This document shows positions 59,391-64,000 of a DNA stretch of 64,000 bases, piece after piece. Source of the stretch: Ostreococcus lucimarinus (taxonomy: Eukaryota); assembly GCA_000092065.1 (NCBI GenBank), contig CP000583.1, one strand, 5' to 3'. The stretch's first letter is position 1, and each line of letters starts with the position of its first letter. The translations under genes were made by a program, and so were the position numbers. A model generated the notes under the pieces. That model did no database searches, was not told the DNA's origin, and saw only the letters and a list, made by a program, of their open reading frames with translations.

Positions 59391-60986
59391 ATGTCCGCAT
59401 CCTCCCGCAAGCGTAAACCCGACGCCGCGACGCTCCTAGAGACTCGCACGGACGCCGCCCGCATCGTCAGCGCGCTCCTCGCCGCCGCATCCCGACGCCA
59501 ACGCGGCTCGAGCATCAAATCGCTCACGCTCGCCGCGAACGTTCAACACAAACGCGCGACGCACGCGGTGACGTGTGAGACGATAAAACGCGTTAAAATA
59601 ATCAAACGTCTGTTTGCGGAATGTGCCGATGCGTCGGGCGCGCTCGAAGCGCTAGCGAGCGATGCGAGAACGGTGTCCAAAGGGAAAGACGGGGACGACG
59701 CGTGGAGAGCGCGAGGCGAGGCGTACGTGTACGCGTACGATTTGATGTTTGGTGATTCCAGACAGTTGGATCGATGGCGAGGGAACGATGGGGGGTGTGA
59801 TGTCGTGCGAGGTAATGCGGTAGCGTTGAAAGAAGCGCTCGAACGCGCGATGGCGCGAGAAGGGGTGAAGACGGTGAAGGAATTCGAGGACAAGAGCGTC
59901 GCGAGCGCGGCGCGGTATTCGCGCACGGCGAGGGTGAATACGCTGAAAACGACGGTGGATGAAGCGATGGAGGCGTTTCGAGAGGATGGATACGAGTGCG
60001 CGGTGGATTCTTTGATCGATACGCTGTTGGTTTTTCCCGCGGGGACGGATTTGCACGCGCACAAACTCGTAAAGACGGGCGCGGTGGTTTTGCAAGGACG
60101 GGCGAGTTGCTTACCGGCCGTTGCGTTAGCGCCCGAACGCGGGTGGGCGTGCATTGACGGTTGTGCCGCGCCTGGGAATAAGACGACGCAGTTGGCGGCG
60201 TTGGTCGGGCGTGAGGGTGGAGTGTACGCATTCGACGCCGACGCGAGACGATTGAAGCGATTGAAGGAGAACGCGGCGACGACGGGGAGTCAAGGGATTA
60301 TTCGAGCAAAGTGCCAAGACTTTCTCACGGTGGATCCAGGTAACACCGTGTACGCAAGCGTGCGAGCGCTGTTACTCGATCCATCGTGCTCGGGGTCGGG
60401 AACGGAGGTCAATCGCGGAGATATCATGCTCCGCGACGCCTTAGATGAAGACGACGTGGAAGAAATCGACGCCGAAGCCGACGCCGACGAAGAGCGCGTC
60501 GACAAGCTCGCTGCGTTTCAAAAGTCAGTATTAAAACACGCGTTCTGTTTCCCCGAAGTCGAGCGCGTGTCGTACAGCACATGCAGCGTGCACGAGAAGG
60601 AAAACGAAGAAGTTGTTCGCGACGTCATGGACGTTGCCGTGGAACACGGTTTTAAGCTTGCCCACGCGCTTCCAAAGTGGCATCGCAGAGGTATCGCCAT
60701 CGACGGATTGTCCACCGAGGACGCGCGATGCCTCATTCGAGCCGATCCGATCGAAGACGACATGGAGGGGTTTTTTGTCGCCATCTTTGAGCGAGACGTC
60801 GAACGCACGCGAAGCAAGGGTATTGGGTTGCCCGCTTCGAATCCGAACGCCGCCGAATCGGCGCTTCAACACAAGAAGAAGCGACCCGCCCTGGACGCTT
60901 CGACGGCGCGGCCGGTGTACGCCGCCGCGAAGTCGTCCAAGAAAAAGTCAAAGAGCGGTGGCAAACCGACGCCACTGTTCAGATGA
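59391..60986 (+). CDS. NSUN5: NOL1/NOP2/Sun-family rRNA (cytosine-C5)-methyltransferase, NSUN5/Rcm1-like
   Basis: The SAM-MTase motifs GWACIDGCAAPGNKTTQLAAL, VYAFDADARRLKRLKENA and LLDPSCSGSGT, plus the two catalytic Cys contexts (DPSCSG and YSTCSVHEKENEEVV), are typical of NSUN5. Confidence 0.85.
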   Translation: MSASSRKRKPDAATLLETRTDAARIVSALLAAASRRQRGSSIKSLTLAANVQHKRATHAVTCETIKRVKIIKRLFAECADASGALEALASDARTVSKGKDGDDAWRARGEAYVYAYDLMFGDSRQLDRWRGNDGGCDVVRGNAVALKEALERAMAREGVKTVKEFEDKSVASAARYSRTARVNTLKTTVDEAMEAFREDGYECAVDSLIDTLLVFPAGTDLHAHKLVKTGAVVLQGRASCLPAVALAPERGWACIDGCAAPGNKTTQLAALVGREGGVYAFDADARRLKRLKENAATTGSQGIIRAKCQDFLTVDPGNTVYASVRALLLDPSCSGSGTEVNRGDIMLRDALDEDDVEEIDAEADADEERVDKLAAFQKSVLKHAFCFPEVERVSYSTCSVHEKENEEVVRDVMDVAVEHGFKLAHALPKWHRRGIAIDGLSTEDARCLIRADPIEDDMEGFFVAIFERDVERTRSKGIGLPASNPNAAESALQHKKKRPALDASTARPVYAAAKSSKKKSKSGGKPTPLFR

Positions 60987-61083
60987 TTTCGGCTCGGCCG
61001 GCGCGAGAAAACTAGTATTAGGAAAGGAATATCGTTAGCATTAGAATAGCTAGATGTAGTAGTAGCGCGGCGGAAGACGTCGT

Positions 61084-61863
61084 TTAGTCTTCTTCCCAGG
61101 TCAACGCCTCCTTGACGTACTTGACGCCGAGCCCGAGCGACGTCAACGCGATGGGCGCCGCGCCCGCTTGCCAAGGCATATCCGGCGCGTACGCCACCCC
61201 ACGAGACATCAACGCCGCCGCGAGCGGAATCGAGCACACCGCGAGCAATTCGCCGTTCACAATCTTCGTGATTCGCGTCGCCAACTTTTCGCTCATCGGC
61301 TCCACTTCGCCCTTCGCCTTGGCCGCCGCGCGTCCGATAATTTTAATCGTCGGGAACAACGACGAGCTCCCCATCACGGTGAACAGCCACATCTTCACCC
61401 AGAAAATCGGTTCATGACTGTAGAACTCCCATCCTTTACCGTATTCCGTCGCTCGCAGGTACCCGGTGTACAGCACCAGCACTCCCGCGATGCCGTAGAT
61501 GGAATCCGCGACGACGAGTCGCTGTTCCTCCGCTTCGCTCATCCCAGCCTTCACCGTCCACTTCTCCGTCGTCAGCGCCCCGACGACCAAGACGAGACCC
61601 AAGTAGTGTCCGTACGCCGCGAACGCGCTCGCCACCGGGTCCACCGCGGCGTGCGCCGCGCCGGCGGCGAGCGTCGTCGCGAGCGCCGGCGTCGCCACCG
61701 CGAGCATCTTTTTCGCATCCTCGGCGCGCGTTTCGAGCGACACCGCATCGCGATCGCCGCGCGCGGGCGCGCGCGCGCGCGCGGCGACGCATCGTCGCGT
61801 CGTCGCGCGGGCGAACGACGCGCGGGGCGTCGTCTTGAGCGCGTTCGTGGATAACGAAAGCAT
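61084..61863 (-). CDS. hypothetical organelle-targeted membrane protein (no confident family)
   Basis: From MLSLSTNALKTTPRASFARATTRRCVAARARA (transit-like). Several TM helices: GLVLVVGALTTEKW, IAGVLVLYTGYL, IFWVKMWLFTVMGSS and LAVCSIPLAAALMS. The upstream part of the ORF is R-rich. Confidence 0.4.
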   Translation of the reverse strand: MLSLSTNALKTTPRASFARATTRRCVAARARAPARGDRDAVSLETRAEDAKKMLAVATPALATTLAAGAAHAAVDPVASAFAAYGHYLGLVLVVGALTTEKWTVKAGMSEAEEQRLVVADSIYGIAGVLVLYTGYLRATEYGKGWEFYSHEPIFWVKMWLFTVMGSSSLFPTIKIIGRAAAKAKGEVEPMSEKLATRITKIVNGELLAVCSIPLAAALMSRGVAYAPDMPWQAGAAPIALTSLGLGVKYVKEALTWEED

Positions 61864-62054
61864 GGCGACGCGCGAGAGAATGACGTCGGCACGGAGTGGA
61901 TAAAGCGTCCCGCGCCTCTCCGCGACGCGCGACGCGCGCGACGACGGCGCGGACGACGGCGTCGCGCGGCGTCGCATTCGAGCGCGCGCGCGCGCGCGCG
62001 CCCGCGCGCGCGAGCGGGCGTCGACGCGGAACGCGCGCGCGTCGAGCGCGCGCG
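61864..62054. promoter_or_regulatory. putative bidirectional promoter (membrane protein <-> alpha/beta hydrolase)
   Basis: Divergent start codons about 190 bp apart, in (GCGCGC)-rich sequence. Confidence 0.25.
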
Positions 62055-62936
62055 ATGGGAGAGCGGTACGACGCGGCGAGCGCGCGCGAGATGTACGCGG
62101 ACGGATGCGCGTCGAGCGAGGCGCGCGCGTGCGTCGTCGTCGTGCCCGGTCTCGGCGACGGGCCGGCGTCGCTGTCGTACGTCGCGCGAGGGTCGGCGTT
62201 GGAGGCGCGGTGCGCGTCGACGGCGCGCGCGCTGATTCGGTTCGAGCTGTCGACCTCGTACGAGGGCTACGGGACGCGACGGCTGCGCGACGACGCGCGC
62301 GATATCGACGCGGTGATTCGGGCGCTGCGCGTCAAGTTTCCGCTCGCGACGTCGTTCGCGTTGGTCGGGCACTCCACGGGGTGTCAATCGATATGTCACT
62401 ACCTGGCGAGCGGTTACGACTCGGCGTCGGCGGTGGATCGAATCGTGTTGCAGGCTGGCGTGAGCGATCGGGATTGGTACGACGCGGATTGCGGGCGCGA
62501 GGTGATGCGAGAGTGGGTGGCGCGCGCGCGGGAGATGGCGCCGGATGATTTGATGCCGGCGGACACGCCGGGAACGTACGGCGTCGCGACCAACGCGAGA
62601 AGGTTTCTCAGCCTCGCGAGCGCGGGAGGCGACGACGATTGGTTTTCGCTCGACATCTTCGACGGCTCGTCGGGCGAAGGGGTGGAGTCGTCGAAAATCG
62701 TGCGCAAGTTGGGCGCTGGTGCGTGCGCTCGCGTCGACGTGCGTTTGGTCGTTTCGACGGCGGATGAGTACGTGCCGTACGATAGAGACGTCGTCGTCGC
62801 GCACAACGAACGCATCCGCGACGCTTTCGCACGCGTGGCGAAGAGCGCGCGCACGCATTACATCGAGGCGAACCACGATTTGAGCGACATGGCCGAGAAA
62901 GACGCGCCCGGTTTCGTCGATTTCGTCTTGTCATAG
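62055..62936 (+). CDS. alpha/beta-hydrolase, DUF1749-like (GHSTG nucleophile)
   Basis: From MGERYD (62055): ACVVVVPGLGDGPAS...FALVGHSTGCQSICHYL..., with a Ser nucleophile elbow. Overall similarity to the DUF1749/UPF0613 esterase-like family. Confidence 0.55.
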   Translation: MGERYDAASAREMYADGCASSEARACVVVVPGLGDGPASLSYVARGSALEARCASTARALIRFELSTSYEGYGTRRLRDDARDIDAVIRALRVKFPLATSFALVGHSTGCQSICHYLASGYDSASAVDRIVLQAGVSDRDWYDADCGREVMREWVARAREMAPDDLMPADTPGTYGVATNARRFLSLASAGGDDDWFSLDIFDGSSGEGVESSKIVRKLGAGACARVDVRLVVSTADEYVPYDRDVVVAHNERIRDAFARVAKSARTHYIEANHDLSDMAEKDAPGFVDFVLS

Positions 62937-62997
62937 AAAGAATAGCGGCTAGATTTGCTAGTGTACAATATGTTTCTGTGCGGTTCAATTTCTCTGT

Positions 62998-63789
62998 TCA
63001 GCGCCGTCTTGCTGGCGCTTTCTTTTTATCTTTCGCCTTGCCCAAGCCCAAGCCGAAGAGCGCTTCCGCCTCTTTCTCCTTCGCTTCTTCGCGTTCGCGC
63101 GCGCGGCGCTCATCCTCTGTTTCTTCTCGCTCGTAAACGCTCGCGGCGTACGCCTGCGGCGCACCCCGTTTCTTCGGCGACTTAATCTTCGCGTTCGCGT
63201 TCAATCCCACGACGAACTGCTTCCTAAACGATTTGAAATTCGTCTTAGATTCCGGCGACGACGCCTTCGTCTCCGCGACGGCGACGCGAGGCGCGAAACC
63301 AATCGTCACCGTCTCCGCCTCCCCCAAAACCTCCACGCCCCTGCGTTCGCGACTTCGCATCATCTCCCCCCCATCATCCGTCACCAACACCGGCGCGATC
63401 GCATCGTCATCCGGTTCCGTCGCGCTCCCTTCGTCCGGCTCCGTCGCGCTCGCGTCGTCCTCCTCGAACCGCGCTCGCACGTACGTCCCCCCCCTCCCCA
63501 CCGCGATCTCCACCGCGCCGTCCTCTCGCGACATCACGCGCGTCCACTCGCTCGAGACCGCTCTCCCGCCCTCGCGCGCGCGCGTGCCGTGCGTCGAGCC
63601 CAGGTCTCGACACTCCAACGCGTGCCCGACTGTTCGAAATTCGCAGTGCCGCCTCGACGTCGTCGCGTCGCCCTCGCCCGTGCGAAGCGTCGCGCTCGCG
63701 TGCCGCCCGACGACGACGACGCCGTCCCGCGCGTTTTTCGCGCACGTCGCGCGCGACCGTCCGTCCGCCGTCTCGACGACGAACGGCAT
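62998..63789 (-). CDS. FHA-domain protein
   Basis: N-terminal FHA core VVVGRHASATLRTGEGDATTSRRHCEFRTVGHALECRDLGSTHGTRAREGG (the GR...SR.H......DLGS.HGT pattern), followed by acidic repeats (SATEPDEG x2) and a basic K/E-rich tail. Confidence 0.55.
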   Translation of the reverse strand: MPFVVETADGRSRATCAKNARDGVVVVGRHASATLRTGEGDATTSRRHCEFRTVGHALECRDLGSTHGTRAREGGRAVSSEWTRVMSREDGAVEIAVGRGGTYVRARFEEDDASATEPDEGSATEPDDDAIAPVLVTDDGGEMMRSRERRGVEVLGEAETVTIGFAPRVAVAETKASSPESKTNFKSFRKQFVVGLNANAKIKSPKKRGAPQAYAASVYEREETEDERRAREREEAKEKEAEALFGLGLGKAKDKKKAPARRR

Positions 63790-64000
63790 CGTCGATCGCG
63801 CCTCGATGTGACGCCGGGCGCTCGCGAGCGCGCGCCTTTTCTCCTCGCGCTCGAGCCCTTCGTCGCCGCGCGCGGGCGCGCGCGGCCGCCGACCGTCGCG
63901 CGTCGCTCACCGCTCGTCGTGCACGATGTGCGCGCCCCCGCGCAGGGCGTCGAAGAGCTCGAGCGCGGCCCGAACCGCGTTCCCGGACGTTCTCGACGTG

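Noticed and set aside
61572-62876. 434-aa Arg-rich minus-strand ORF and similar ORFs (e.g. 28603..29424, 34150..35007, 35925..37094)
   Set aside because: These are artefacts of GC richness, antisense to or overlapping better-supported genes, with no recognisable domains.
1-64000. Search for prokaryotic-style defence or mobile systems (restriction-modification, toxin-antitoxin, CRISPR-Cas, integrases, transposases, reverse transcriptases) and for tRNA/rRNA genes
   Set aside because: No such ORFs or structures were seen. The gene content is eukaryotic housekeeping plus plastid-related genes, and the AT-rich patches inspected (7540-7700, 21840-21970, 46460-46660) look like UTRs without tRNA cloverleaf features.

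Overview
This window reads as gene-dense, GC-rich eukaryotic nuclear DNA, not prokaryotic. It contains about 39 protein-coding genes on both strands, with intergenic gaps of roughly 60-600 bp. Most genes are single-exon, but I could reconstruct five short GT..AG introns of 86-223 nt. Several products are plant-lineage or plastid-related: a Toc34-like GTPase, an AP2/ERF-domain protein, an LSD1-type zinc-finger protein, and a FabZ with a transit-like leader. Others in this group are 4-hydroxyphenylpyruvate dioxygenase, a carotenoid cleavage dioxygenase, sterol C24-methyltransferase and a sterol reductase. Together these point to a compact green alga, possibly a Mamiellophyceae-like picoalga; that assignment is inference. 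Chromosome-biology and housekeeping genes include shugoshin, cohesin SMC1, TOP3alpha, PA200/Blm10, a Gemin5-like WD40 protein, Rrp47/C1D, CCDC124 and MetAP1. The set also includes dihydroxy-acid dehydratase, TAD3, NSUN5 and a JMJD6-like JmjC protein. I found no rRNA, tRNA, CRISPR array, transposon or prokaryotic-style defence island. The most unusual sequence-level signals are a 5'-to-3' GC gradient (about 70% GC at intergenic regions and gene 5' ends, falling to about 50% GC in the bodies of long genes), a small tail-anchored protein gene with an 86-nt intron that the ORF track does not resolve, a low-GC gene for an uncharacterised type II membrane protein, and a duplicated shugoshin C-terminal motif. 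Many long ORFs in the track are artefacts of GC richness, typically Arg/Ala-rich antisense or 5'-extended frames. Coordinates inferred from frame arithmetic may be off by 1-3 nt.
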